Shown here: in pieces, positions 28,022-38,500 of the stretch | Layout of the letters: each line of letters opens with the position of its first letter | Position numbering within the stretch: the stretch's first letter is position 1 | Source: an uncultured Gemmatimonadales bacterium | Lineage (GTDB): Bacteria > Gemmatimonadota > Gemmatimonadetes > Gemmatimonadales > GWC2-71-9 | NCBI GenBank assembly: GCA_963842945.1 | Contig: CAWJIM010000021.1 | Coordinates: forward strand, 288,001 to 352,000 | DNA: 64,000 nt | Direction of reading: 5' to 3' | The notes under the pieces: model-generated | Database searches by the model: none | The model's input: the letters and a program-made list of their open reading frames with translations, nothing else | What the model was told of the DNA's origin: nothing | Position numbers and translations under genes: made by a program

Positions 28022-28935
28022 CTCCCAGCTTCTAGCTCCCAGCTTCCAGCTTCTTCACCCAGTCGGTTAGCCATTGGCCCGGTCCGCGAAATCACCGCGG
28101 AACTGTCATTGGCCAGAAAATCGTAGCCACCCCGCGCGAGGCTGGAATCCGCATAGACGCCTCGCCTCCGGGCCTCCGCTCGGGCGTCCAGCAGCGCTTG
28201 CAGACTCTCCTCGGTTCCGATCCAGAGCAATCCATCCGATGCCCTGATGGCGTATCGCTTGGGGACTCGGAAGCTGTCCGGCGCGGCGTAGACCCGGGCA
28301 AGCAGTGGGATCAGCTTCGGGTCGGTGAAATACGACAGCAGCGTGAGATAGCGAACCCGGAACTCTTCCGTGTCTGCGGTGCGGAAGCGGGCGGCGACCG
28401 AATCGGCGGCACCGGCTTTCAACCGCCCGAGGACCCAGGCGTCACCATGGTCGTAATCCTTGTTCGGAATCCGCCGCAGGATGTCGGCCAGAACGGCCGA
28501 ATCACCCTGCACCGTGCGCCGTCGCTCCAGGAGGATGGCCTGAAGAGACGGCAACAAGTCCTCCGCCTTAAGACCGGGATTGCCGGGGAACGGAGGGAAG
28601 GGCGCGCCCTCCAGCCGCCGGCGCAGTTGGCCCGCGCTATCGGCATAGAGTCGACTCCTGAGCTCGGCGAGACGCGTCAGCCCGATCAGCGCCGAGTTCC
28701 AGTCTCCCGTTCCGGCCAGCGCCGAGCGCATCAAGCGCCAAAGCCGGGCGGGCGAGCGGGAGCGCTGGATAGCGGTGACGGAGTCGGCCTGCGGGGTTCC
28801 GGCTTTCAGGGCTTCGTGCAGCTCGGAATAGGTGGCCCGGGTGGAATCGCCCACCCGAACCTGAACCTGCCCGGCGGCGGGTCGCGGGGACACTCCGGCC
28901 AGAGCCAGAAAGACGACGAGCGCTCGCCGGCTCAC
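28018..28935 (-). CDS. Exported helical hypothetical protein
   Basis: GTGA overlap with MFS stop; signal peptide (SRRALVVFLALAG...AAG-Q); fused to the MFS in the ORF track only because of a frameshift. Confidence 0.65.
   Translation of the reverse strand: MSRRALVVFLALAGVSPRPAAGQVQVRVGDSTRATYSELHEALKAGTPQADSVTAIQRSRSPARLWRLMRSALAGTGDWNSALIGLTRLAELRSRLYADSAGQLRRRLEGAPFPPFPGNPGLKAEDLLPSLQAILLERRRTVQGDSAVLADILRRIPNKDYDHGDAWVLGRLKAGAADSVAARFRTADTEEFRVRYLTLLSYFTDPKLIPLLARVYAAPDSFRVPKRYAIRASDGLLWIGTEESLQALLDARAEARRRGVYADSSLARGGYDFLANDSSAVISRTGPMANRLGEEAGSWELEAGS
28020..28053. repeat. 7-nt tandem array (AGCTYCY)n at a convergent gene junction
   Basis: AGCTCCC AGCTTCT AGCTCCC AGCTTCC AGCTTC. Confidence 0.8.
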
Positions 28936-30204
28936 GGTGCTCCTCCACGGGAATCTGATTGCGCCGACACCGAACCGGTGCCTGCGGGCGAGACCGCCAA
29001 CCAGGCTACCACCGATGCCAGCATTCCCGCGGCCGAAGCCCATAGTGCCGCGTGCCCTCCAACTGATTGATAGAGCTCCCCAAATACCAAACCCGCCGGG
29101 AGTGCGGCGATCCCGGTGAGCGCGTGGTAGGCCCCGAACCCCCGCCCCATCCGCACCGGGGCGAGCCGGGCAATCATGCTGCGCTCCCCGGACTCGGTGA
29201 GGCCGGCGACCAGGCCTAACACAAGGAACAGGGTAACTAGCCGCCACCGGCCCGACCATGAGGCCGAGGGCAAATGCGATCAAGGCAAAGAGAATCCCGC
29301 CTGCCGCGACCACCAAACGGGCCCCTCGCCGGTCGGACAGACGGCCCCCGGGATAGGAGCTGGCACTCCGTACCACATGGAGACCGGCCCAGATCAGGGG
29401 AACCAGAGCAACCGGCACGCCGCGGTCCTGCAGCCGAAGGATCAGGAGAGTCTCGGGAAGCCGAAAGAAGCTGAGGGCGGTAAGGGCGAGCAGGGGGGGC
29501 CAGAGCGAGTCGCGAGTCGGGAGACTCGAGTCGCGAGTTGACGGTTTCGAGTCTGAGGTCGAAGGGCTGGACCCGGACGTAGTCTCGTGACTCGTGACTC
29601 GTGACTCGCGACTCGCGCGCAACACCCCCGCCAACACCACGAAGGCCACCACTCCGGGCACCACACTCCAGCCGATGACGCTTCGGACGTCGGCCCCCTG
29701 CCGCAGGAGCCACCAGGCGGCGAGTGAGCCGAGAACCGCGCCGAAGTGATCGGCACCCCGGTGATAGCCGAAGGCGCGGCCTCTGAGCTCCGGGGGGGTG
29801 ATCTCCGCGATCAGCGCGTCGCGCGGTGGGGTCCGGAGGCCTTTCCCGATCCTGTCGACCACCCGAAAGCCCACCACCTGCCACGCCGCACTGGTGCTCG
29901 CTATCAGCGGGCGCACCAGAACGGCGGTCGCATAGCCTGCCAGGATCAGAGGCCGCCGCCAGCCGGGTCGGTCGGCCAGGCGACCGCTGATCCACTTCAG
30001 TGCGGACGCCGTCAGCTCCGACGCCCCGTCCAGCAGGCCGAGCGTCACCGCACTGCCTCCCAGAGTGCGGGTGACAAAAGCCGGAAGGAGGGGATACACC
30101 ATCTCGCTGGCGAAGTCGTTGAACAGCGAGACCAACGAGAGCCCTTTGACCCCAGCCGGGACCCCGGAGTCCTCCCCGCCCTGCCTCGTGTCAGGGGCAG
30201 CCAT
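28932..30204 (-). CDS. MFS transporter with apparent frameshift near 29240
   Basis: SLFNDFASEM.YPLLP, GRLADR, DRIGKGLRTPPRDALIA, GRAFG.HR; C-terminal helices continue in ORF 28932-29273. Confidence 0.85.
29503..29617. repeat. Inverted pair of 7-nt arrays, in frame within the MFS central loop
   Basis: (GACTCGT/C)n at 29581-29617 opposite degenerate (GCGAGTC)n at 29503-29560; encodes SRESRVTSHE...TRDSSLPTRDS. Confidence 0.8.
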
Positions 30205-30311
30205 ATCGGTCCGGTTTGAGGGCATAGGCGGAGAATGTAAGTCGGTGACGGCGGTCCGGCTCCGTGACGCCTGACCTGCGGCGGATGAATGGGCGGCTAT
30301 ATCTTGTCGGC

Positions 30312-31343
30312 ATGCATGCCGAACCCGCCCGGTTTCACGAGTCCAACCTCTGGTCCACCCCCATCCGGGATCTCGGTCTCACCATCGAAGGCACCCGGCT
30401 GGAGCCGATCCTGGCCGAGTTCACCGAGGAGCTTCGCCGGATCGGAATCACCCGGGTCCGGCCCCGGTTCTATCTCTCCACCGAATGGGGCGTCCCCTTC
30501 GAGACCGTGGCCATAGCGATTCCCTTCTACCTGGCCCGGCCCGATCTCACCGCCCTGCATGCTGAAAGGGTGGGGCACGTGGAGGGTTTTGACCGGGCCG
30601 ACATCCTCAAGTACCTGCGGCACGAGATGGGGCACGTGATCAACTACGCCTACCGTCTTTACGACCAGGAGGAGTGGGTCAAGCAGTTCGGCTCGATCAC
30701 CCAGCCGTATTTCGAGGAGTACCGGCCCGAGCCGTTCAGCCGGCGGTACGTCCGACATCTGCCGGGCTGGTACGCGCAGAAGCATCCGGATGAGGACTGG
30801 TCGGAGACCTTTGCCATATGGATGACCCCGGGCCTGGACTGGCGGGCGGAATACGGCGGCTGGCCCGTGGCTTACGCCAAGCTCACCTACTGCAGCCGGA
30901 CCATGAACGCGCTGCGTGACAGGGACCCCGAGGTGACCAGCAGTGAGCTGGATGAGGACGTGGCGGAGATCGAGTACTCGCTGGACCAGTACTACGGCCG
31001 CTCGTCCGACTCACCCGGGGAGTTGCCGCCCGGTCTGGATGGGGCCATTCGGGCCATCTTCGAGGATCTGGGAAGCTTCGACCGCCCGTCGCTCGACGGT
31101 CCGCTCAAGCCTGCCGCCGACCTGATCCGCCGGCTGGAGCCCGAGCTCATGGCCAACGTGTTCCGCTGGACCGGTCATTTTCCGGAGCGGACCCGGGTTC
31201 TGCTCCGCTATCTCGCGGAGCGCGCGGCCCAACTGGAACAGGGATATCCGGGGGAACGAGAGGACTCGGCCATCATCGGCCTGACCACCCTGGTGACCGG
31301 GCTGGCGATGAACCACGTGCAGCGGGGAAGTTATTTGCCGTGA
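30312..31343 (+). CDS. Putative zinc-binding metallopeptidase
   Basis: LRHEMGH and YAQKHPDEDWSETFA.W. Confidence 0.82.
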   Translation: MHAEPARFHESNLWSTPIRDLGLTIEGTRLEPILAEFTEELRRIGITRVRPRFYLSTEWGVPFETVAIAIPFYLARPDLTALHAERVGHVEGFDRADILKYLRHEMGHVINYAYRLYDQEEWVKQFGSITQPYFEEYRPEPFSRRYVRHLPGWYAQKHPDEDWSETFAIWMTPGLDWRAEYGGWPVAYAKLTYCSRTMNALRDRDPEVTSSELDEDVAEIEYSLDQYYGRSSDSPGELPPGLDGAIRAIFEDLGSFDRPSLDGPLKPAADLIRRLEPELMANVFRWTGHFPERTRVLLRYLAERAAQLEQGYPGEREDSAIIGLTTLVTGLAMNHVQRGSYLP

Positions 31344-31344
31344 T

Positions 31345-31469
31345 GGGAAGGACGGAAAGGTCGGGCAGGACGGGAAGGTATGATGGATAGGGAGTAGGGG
31401 GTGAAGGGGTATGCGCCTTGCTGCCTTTCGGCCTGTCCCGCATACCTTCCCGCCCTTCCCGTCTTTCCC
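31345..31469. repeat. Inverted pair of 9-nt arrays filling a convergent intergenic gap
   Basis: GGGAAGGAC-like x4 (31345-31380) and TACCTTCCC/GCCCTTCCC/GTCTTTCCC (31443-31469). Confidence 0.8.
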
Positions 31470-31471
31470 TT

Positions 31472-32452
31472 CTACCTCTTATACCGCTCAAGCGCCAGCT
31501 CCACAATCCGCTCGATCAGCTTGGGGTACTCGATCCCCGCAGCCCCCGCCGACATCGCGAACTCACTGGAGCGCTCGAGATAACAGCTGGCGTTCACCTC
31601 GAGCACGTAGATATCGCCGGTGTCGGTGAGCCGTAGGTCCACCCGGCCGTAGTCGCGAACCCGGAGCGCCCGGTAGGCATCCACCGCGACCTTCTGAAGC
31701 CGGGCCCTGAGCTCGTCCGGAAGGTTCGCCATGACCGATTTCGTACCCTTGAACTCCTTGCTTCGCTCATCCCACTTGGCCTTGCTGTCCAGCACCTTCG
31801 GCGCTCCCTCGGGGAAGCCGGTGAAATCCACCTCGACCGGCGGCAACGCCCGGGGCTGGGAGTTTCCCAGCACCCCGACGTAGAACTCCCGGCCATCGAT
31901 GAATTCCTCAGCCAAGGCGGAGTCGTTGAGCTCCTTCCGAATGACAGCAACCCGTTCCATCAGTGCGCCGGCGTCGTGCACCAGCGACTTACCCCCGATG
32001 CCGATCGAAGAGTCGGATCTGAGCGGCTTGACGAAAAGCGGCATCCGAAGATTGCCGCCGGTCTCGAACGCCTGCTGCCGGGAGAAGACCGCGAAGCGCG
32101 GATAGAGGATCTCCTCGAAGGCGAGAAGCTTCTTGGTCAGGCCCTTGTCCTGGCTGAGATACAGCTCGCCGGGGCCACTGCCGGTGTACTTGAGCCCGAG
32201 CAGATCGAGCAAGCCTGCCACCGGAATGTCCCCGAAGACATTGTCTCCGAACATCTCCATGAGGTTGAAGACCAGGTCGGGCTTGCGGCGGGAGAGCCCG
32301 GCGATGAGCCGCTTGACGTCTACGTGCACGCCGAGGATGGACACCCGATGTCCCAGGCTCCGCAGGGCCTTGGCGACCTGGGGAACGACCGCCTCGTACT
32401 CCTTCGAGTTCTCGTCTTCGCTGTCGAGATACGTCAGGACGGTGATCTTCAT
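31472..32452 (-). CDS. D-Ala-D-Ala-ligase-like ATP-grasp protein
   Basis: DLVFNL.E, YTGS, DK.L.K, FVKP...SS.GI, EEFIDGRE, YGRVDLR, LEVN. Confidence 0.85.
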   Translation of the reverse strand: MKITVLTYLDSEDENSKEYEAVVPQVAKALRSLGHRVSILGVHVDVKRLIAGLSRRKPDLVFNLMEMFGDNVFGDIPVAGLLDLLGLKYTGSGPGELYLSQDKGLTKKLLAFEEILYPRFAVFSRQQAFETGGNLRMPLFVKPLRSDSSIGIGGKSLVHDAGALMERVAVIRKELNDSALAEEFIDGREFYVGVLGNSQPRALPPVEVDFTGFPEGAPKVLDSKAKWDERSKEFKGTKSVMANLPDELRARLQKVAVDAYRALRVRDYGRVDLRLTDTGDIYVLEVNASCYLERSSEFAMSAGAAGIEYPKLIERIVELALERYKR

Positions 32453-32454
32453 GG

Positions 32455-34077
32455 TTACTCCGGCAGGTCCATGCCCCAGCGAGCCAGGGAAACCGGCAGG
32501 CCCCCATACTGCATCAGATCATCGTGAAACCGGCGGAGATTACCGCCTCTACCAGCGCGTTGCTGGTATGACTGTCGCAGGCTCAGCAACTCCCGTCGTC
32601 CAACGGCATAGGACAACTGGTATGTGGGCCATGCGCAATATCGCCTGACTTCCGCTTCAGCATTGGGCCGCTCGATTGGCAGGTGCTCCACCATATAATC
32701 GGTGGCTTGAGCCGGCGTCATGCCGCGAGTGTGCAGCCCGACATCGAGCACCACCCTGATGGCTCGCCACAGCAGGTTGACCAGGCGAAACAGGCGCGTC
32801 TCGGTGGTCTGATAATAGCCTGCCTCCTCCATCAACTGCTCGCAGTAAAGCGCCCAGCCCTCCACCATGATCGGGGTCCAGACGTGACGGCGAACCTCGG
32901 ACCCGAGTCCTTGCAGCGTATCCAGGTGAAGATGGTGGCCGGGGTACACCTCGTGCGCCACCATCACCGGCAGCGCGTGGCGGCAATGACCCCGGAGTTG
33001 CTGGGCCAGAGCGGCAGGTGGGAGCTTGGGGTCGGGCTCGGTCACATAGAACCGGCCCCGGTGCCGGTCCAGATAAATCGGCGGCGGCTCATAGGCGGCA
33101 AAGGGCACCAGCCCGGCCAGATAGGCCGGCGTCGGCACCACGTCCACTCCGCTCTCCGGCACCGTGACCAACTCACGCTCGGCCACGAACCCGCAGGCCC
33201 GCTCGACTTCCGAACGGTAGACCGAGAGCAGCTCGCCTGCTGGAGGCGACTCGCCCTGGAGCTTCTCCACCATCTCTCGCCAGGGCCGTCCGTCGAGCTG
33301 CCGAGCCAGGGTCGCGAGCTCCTGCGTCGTTTCCTCCTGGAGCTGCTGCCCGTATCGCCACAGCTCTCCAGGCCCCGCCATCAGTGCGTGCTCGTGCTGC
33401 AGTCTCCGGTTGAATTGTTGCTCGCCAACGGCAAACGCCTGCGGGTCCGAGGCGGGCTCGATCTGGTCGCGCAGCGCGGTGCCGAACTCGACCAGCGCCT
33501 TGAGCGCCGCTTCTCCCGACTGCTTGAGCTCGTCGGCGAATTCACCAGCCACGCCGCCGAAGCCGGCAACGACCTGGGCAACGAGCTGTCCTCCGCCAGG
33601 GAGCATGGCGAGCGCCGTGTCGACGAAGACCGCCGGCGGTTCATCGATGGTAGCCCGGGCTGCCTCCAGAAACGCTGGGGTATCCCGCAACCGAGCCAGC
33701 ACGGCCGATGCCCGAACCGCAGGCTCCGGCTCACCGCGGGTCAACAGCGAGTACAGAGCCTGGAACAGGTGGGAAAGCCAGAATCCCGGATTCCGGACGT
33801 GGGGCTGCTCCTCGGCAAAGCGATATCCGGTGCTGCGAATCTCTCCCAGCAGTGCCGTGCGGTCGATCTCGCTCTGGAGATCGTCGGTTTCCAACTCCTC
33901 GATCCCACCAGAAACCGACCGGAGAGCCGAGAGGTGCTCCCGGGTTGTCTCGACGTCGAACCTGCCCAACCGGCTGTCGGCGCTGACCAGGCCCGCCGAG
34001 CTCGCGGCGGCTGGATCGAAATGGTACTTGAGATCCAGATAGGACCGGCAGAGGTCGTCAACCGGGGAGTTGGGCAT
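32455..34077 (-). CDS. DUF885 family protein
   Basis: HEVYPGHHL, EGWALY.E, RA.R.V.D.GLH, EV.RY...P.YQLSY..G. Confidence 0.88.
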   Translation of the reverse strand: MPNSPVDDLCRSYLDLKYHFDPAAASSAGLVSADSRLGRFDVETTREHLSALRSVSGGIEELETDDLQSEIDRTALLGEIRSTGYRFAEEQPHVRNPGFWLSHLFQALYSLLTRGEPEPAVRASAVLARLRDTPAFLEAARATIDEPPAVFVDTALAMLPGGGQLVAQVVAGFGGVAGEFADELKQSGEAALKALVEFGTALRDQIEPASDPQAFAVGEQQFNRRLQHEHALMAGPGELWRYGQQLQEETTQELATLARQLDGRPWREMVEKLQGESPPAGELLSVYRSEVERACGFVAERELVTVPESGVDVVPTPAYLAGLVPFAAYEPPPIYLDRHRGRFYVTEPDPKLPPAALAQQLRGHCRHALPVMVAHEVYPGHHLHLDTLQGLGSEVRRHVWTPIMVEGWALYCEQLMEEAGYYQTTETRLFRLVNLLWRAIRVVLDVGLHTRGMTPAQATDYMVEHLPIERPNAEAEVRRYCAWPTYQLSYAVGRRELLSLRQSYQQRAGRGGNLRRFHDDLMQYGGLPVSLARWGMDLPE

Positions 34078-35060
34078 CAGGCCCGGTTGGCGGTCGCTTC
34101 GGAATGATCGCCCAGGCTCGCACTCCCCCGGAAATTCTCCAGGATGACGCTGTTGCCCAGGAGCGAACCCTCCAGCTCCACTCCGGTGAGCCGGGCGTCC
34201 CGGCCGACAATCGAGTTGCGAACTCGGCTGCCACTGATCCTGGTTCCCCGCTCGATGGAGACGTTGGGTCCGATCTCGCTCCGCTCGATGCTGACTCCGT
34301 CCTCGATGTACACCGGATCGTGCACGGTGACGCCGGGGAACTCCACTCGCCGAGCCGCGCCTTTGCGGAGCAGGATCTCGTTCGTTTCCAGCAGCGTGTC
34401 GAGCTTACCGCAGTCGTACCATCCTCCGACCTCTGCGGTCAGGATTCGCTTTCCATGCTCGATCATCCACTGAAAGGCATCGGTCAGATACCATTCTCCC
34501 TTGTTGGCCGGATTGGCGAGCACGTGATCGATGCCTTGCCACAGGCTGTCGGTGGCCTTGATGTAGTAGAGCCCGATGTTGGCGAGCTTGCTGATCGGCG
34601 TCGAAGGCTTCTCCACGATCTTTGTCATGTAGCCTTTCGCGTCGGTGACGACCACTCCGAACCGCTGATAGTCCTCTACCTCCTTCGCCCAGATGATGCC
34701 GTCGGCGTCGGTGCGATTCACCAGGCTGAGATCGGCTTCGAACACGGTGTCCACAAAGATGATCAGTACCGGGCCGGTGACATAGGGCCGCGCCAGGTTG
34801 ATGGCGCCTGCGGTGCCGTCTTGGACCTTCTGTTCGATGTACCGCGAAGGAATCCGGTACCGCTTGCGGGCAAACTCTTCGACCTGCTCCTTCAGATGCC
34901 CGGTGATGAAGATCAGCTCGGTGATGTCCAGGCCTTCGAGCCGGTCCATCACCCAGTCCATGACCGGCCGGCCTGCCACCTTGAGCAGAGGCTTGGGCAC
35001 CAGGTGGGTCTGAGGCCGGAGGCGGGTACCCTTCCCGGCGAGTGGGATGATCACTTGCAT
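34077..35060 (-). CDS. Sugar-phosphate nucleotidyltransferase
   Basis: IPLAGKGTRLRP.T...PKPLL.VAG, RFGVV, IVEKP, WYDCG; C-terminal LbH. Confidence 0.9.
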   Translation of the reverse strand: MQVIIPLAGKGTRLRPQTHLVPKPLLKVAGRPVMDWVMDRLEGLDITELIFITGHLKEQVEEFARKRYRIPSRYIEQKVQDGTAGAINLARPYVTGPVLIIFVDTVFEADLSLVNRTDADGIIWAKEVEDYQRFGVVVTDAKGYMTKIVEKPSTPISKLANIGLYYIKATDSLWQGIDHVLANPANKGEWYLTDAFQWMIEHGKRILTAEVGGWYDCGKLDTLLETNEILLRKGAARRVEFPGVTVHDPVYIEDGVSIERSEIGPNVSIERGTRISGSRVRNSIVGRDARLTGVELEGSLLGNSVILENFRGSASLGDHSEATANRA

Positions 35061-35061
35061 C

Positions 35062-35412
35062 TCAACCTCTTCCGTAGCGGTCCTCGAGGCGCACCAGATC
35101 ATCGAGCTCGGGCGTCGATGCCTCGAGCACGTCGCTGTCCACAACCGCCTCGATCTGGTGGACCAGCTTGGCGGGGATGTGCACGGTCTCGCCCGCCCGG
35201 AACGCACGGGTGATCATGCCGTCACCTTGCCCGGTGCGGAGCTTGAGCTCACCCCGCAGCACGTGCATGGTCTCGTCCTTGAAGTTGTGGTACTGGAGGC
35301 TGAGCACGTGTCCGGCCTTCACGTGAAGAATCTTCCCCACGTATCGGTCGGTGCGGGCCCAGATCAACTCGTAGCCCCAGGGCTTCTCCACCCGGTAGGG
35401 GGCCTCAGGCAC
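35062..35412 (-). CDS. Cupin (mannose-6-phosphate isomerase-like)
   Basis: VEKPWGYE, LSLQYH..KDET, E.STPEL.D.VRL.D.YGR. Confidence 0.85.
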   Translation of the reverse strand: MPEAPYRVEKPWGYELIWARTDRYVGKILHVKAGHVLSLQYHNFKDETMHVLRGELKLRTGQGDGMITRAFRAGETVHIPAKLVHQIEAVVDSDVLEASTPELDDLVRLEDRYGRG

Positions 35413-35460
35413 TCACAATCTCGACAGACTCGGGTTTGAACATGGGCGGGAATATACGCG

Positions 35461-35504
35461 GGGCAGTTGTCAGCGGGGCAGCGGGGCAGCGAGAGGAGCA
35501 GGGG
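35461..35504. repeat. 8-nt CAGCGGGG array after the M1 peptidase stop
   Basis: CAGCGGGG CAGCGGGG CAGCGAGA. Confidence 0.75.
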
Positions 35505-35510
35505 AAAATG

Positions 35511-38500
35511 TCAGAACGGCTGCTCGAAGCTGAACACCCAGCGGAAGGCGACGTCCTCATCTCCGGCGGTACCATCCGGCGCCAGCTCCGGGCGAGAGAC
35601 GAAGAAGGGGAAATCGAATCGGGTGACGAACTCCGTATCGCCGATGCGATGCGCCGCGCGAACACCGAGACCCGCATCGGACAGGAAGCGGATGGTGCCG
35701 GTAGCCGGCGTCTGGCTCATGCTGCCGATGCCCTGGGCCAGGTCGGAGAAGAGGGCAATGCCCACCCGCTTGAATAGATGGGACTCGGGGCGGGAAAGCA
35801 GATCGTGCTCGACATCCAGATTGAGCGCGGCAATGGCGGAGGTGGACAACCGCGGGTCGACCCCCCGCACGCCGGCCCCACCGGGTGAGTGGTAGTGGAT
35901 GTCCTCTCGGACCAGCAGAGCGCCACGCGAGCGAAGAAATGGGTTGTACAACTGGCTCAGCGGATCCGAGCCCTGGAAATAGACCTGCCGCTGCTTGGCC
36001 GCATCGTGGTCGCTCACGCCGGCCGCCAGATAGCCTCGCACCCCCAGACGGAGGCCCCGCGCCAGATCTCGCCGGGCGATGCCCTCGATGAATCCATTGA
36101 AGTAGAAGGGATCCAGGTCGGATCGTCCGCTGGCCGCCAGGCCGTCGCGGTTGTAGGCCAATCCGCCGCCGAGCGAGCTGCGAGCGGAGAGCTCCCATTG
36201 GCCGCTCTCGGTCGAAATTCCGCTGCCGAATTGCAGCTCAACGATCCCAACGTCGTCGTAGTAGCCCGGATCCAGATACCGAGTGTCGTCGATCGCCACC
36301 CACCGAAGGCTCATCCGATGACTCCGGGTCGGGCCGAAGGTCAGGTGCGCTCGGCGGGACCATTCGAGATTGGCGGCGGCACCGTAGCGTCCTTCGATCT
36401 TGAAGGCATCGAAGGTCTGAGACAGGTTCGGCCCCCGGAGCACCACCGGGTTCTTGCCTCGGAGGAAGAAATCGATGTCCTTGACGTCGTCATCCACTCC
36501 CCAGCCCGTGCTCCCCCAGAGCATCGCAACGTTCTGCTCGAAGCGGCCGAGATAATCATCCCGGCTGCGGAGACCGAGGGTGACTCCTCCGGCATCGTTG
36601 TACCACAGCGTAGGCTGCACGCCGACCGTGAGCCCCTCCCGGCGGGATCGGGTGGAGAAGTACGGATGGAAGTAGAAATCGGTGTTGGGGGGCGGGAGCA
36701 AGGCTCTGAGGAAGGGCCAGCCACCCAGCCGCTTCCGGTTGTTGAGCATGTTCCAGTCGTGAGTCTGCACCCGCGGGTCGAGCACCACTTCCTTCGGCTT
36801 GCTTCGGGTTCTCAGCGTTAGCCACTCCCGTTCGGCGAGTCCTTCCACTCGATTTACCGTAGTGTCCTGCTGGGCGATCACGGCCACCTCTACCGGGATT
36901 CGGCCATTGCCCCTCCGCACTACTTCAACCCGGGTCAGCCAACCGTCCTCACGTTCCGCAGGGCCCCCACGTTCCTCAGGTTTCTCACGTGCCGTCTTTA
37001 CCTCACCCACCGCATAGTCGTAGAGCTCCGTCGTGTGCAGCCACTGGGCAAAGAAGGTCGAGAGATCCCGCTGGGACACTTCCTCGGCGACCGCGCGGAA
37101 GGCGGCCTCGTCCACGTGCTTCAGCTTCCAGCGCTGGTAGAACGTCTGGAGGATGCGATGCATCGTCGCATCGCCGACGATGTACCGGAGCTGCTGAAAG
37201 AACAGCTTGCCCCGGACGTAGATCGCGGTGTTGTAGGAGCTGAAATCGCGATAGTTCTCCGCCACCAGGCTGGGCGGTTCCGACTGGTCCTCGAGATCCA
37301 GCTGCAGGATGCCGGCCTCGGTTTCCTGGTACGTGCTCGGCCGGCCCATCACTTCCCAGAACAAGTCGGTCTGAAAGCTGCTAAATCCCTCGTCCAGCCA
37401 GCCTTCCCGCCATTCATTGTTGGCCAGGATCCCCATGGTGTAGTTATGCCCCAGCTCGTGGACGATCAGCCCCTGATCGACCGAGCCGTTCATCATCATC
37501 ATGGGGAACTCGGTGCCGCCGCCCTCGATCCGGTGGACGTTGGTGATCTGCGGCCAGGCGAAGGGGCCGTACAGCTGGCCCAGCCAGGCCAGCGCGGTCT
37601 CGGTTCGCTGCACCGCGAAGTTTCCACCCCAGGTGCTCTCGTCTCCGGGCTGGTAGAGGACATGCACCGCGACGTTGCCGTTGCGGCCTCCCTCGTAGCG
37701 GTAGTCGGGATTCAGCGAGAGCGCGAAGTGGTGTACGTCTCGGGCATACCAGCGCACAATCTTTCGTCCGGCGGCTGCCCCGTCGCAGGCCGCGGGCGGC
37801 GTATCGGGGCCGTAGTAGTCGCGCTGATACTCGATTGGTCTCGAGCGGTTGCGGTTGGCCCGCTCCCATCCGGGATCCCCGCACACCGGAACGCCGGTGG
37901 CGCCGATGACCTGATCCACCGGCACGTCGAGGTCCACCAGGAAAGTGGCGAACTCACCGTAGAACTCGCCGGCAGGATACAGCGGATGTTCCTCCCAGCC
38001 GTAGCGGTCGTAGACCACCACCTTGGGATACCACTGGGCAAAGTCGAAACGGCGGCCCTGCCGGCCCTGCCGCCGGGGCACGGTGGAAGGTCGCGCGTCC
38101 CACTCGAGGTCTACCGAGACCGAATCGCCGGGCCGGAGCCGCTGGGGCAGAGCGAATCGCACGATGGTGCTGTCGGGCGTAAAAGGATAGACCGGCTCTA
38201 CCGGGGTTCCGCCGATGCGCACGTTGCGCACGTGATTGAAGGCGAAGTTCGGCTCCTGAAGATCGTTGAACCGGCGCCGTCCTTCGGCCGAATCCGCGTC
38301 GGACCAGCGGGAGCCGGGCCGGAAAGCGTTGAGATAGAGGTGGAGAGAGAATGAGCTCAGCGTATCGGGCGACCGGTTGACGTAGCGGATCTTCTCGGTC
38401 CCGCTCAGTACCCCACGCGGCTCGTCGAGGTGGGCGGAAATCTCGTAGGCAACCTGCTGCTGCCAGTAAGGATTTGGGTTTGAGGCTGGAGCGGCGGGTT

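Noticed and set aside
28018..30225. 735-aa MFS-soluble domain fusion in the ORF track
   Set aside because: A frameshift near 29240 explains it; the MFS C-terminus and stop lie in another frame, with a GTGA overlap starting a separate gene
31472..32452. Naming the gene ddl
   Set aside because: Fold motifs fit, but the N-terminal Ddl signature and cell-wall context are missing
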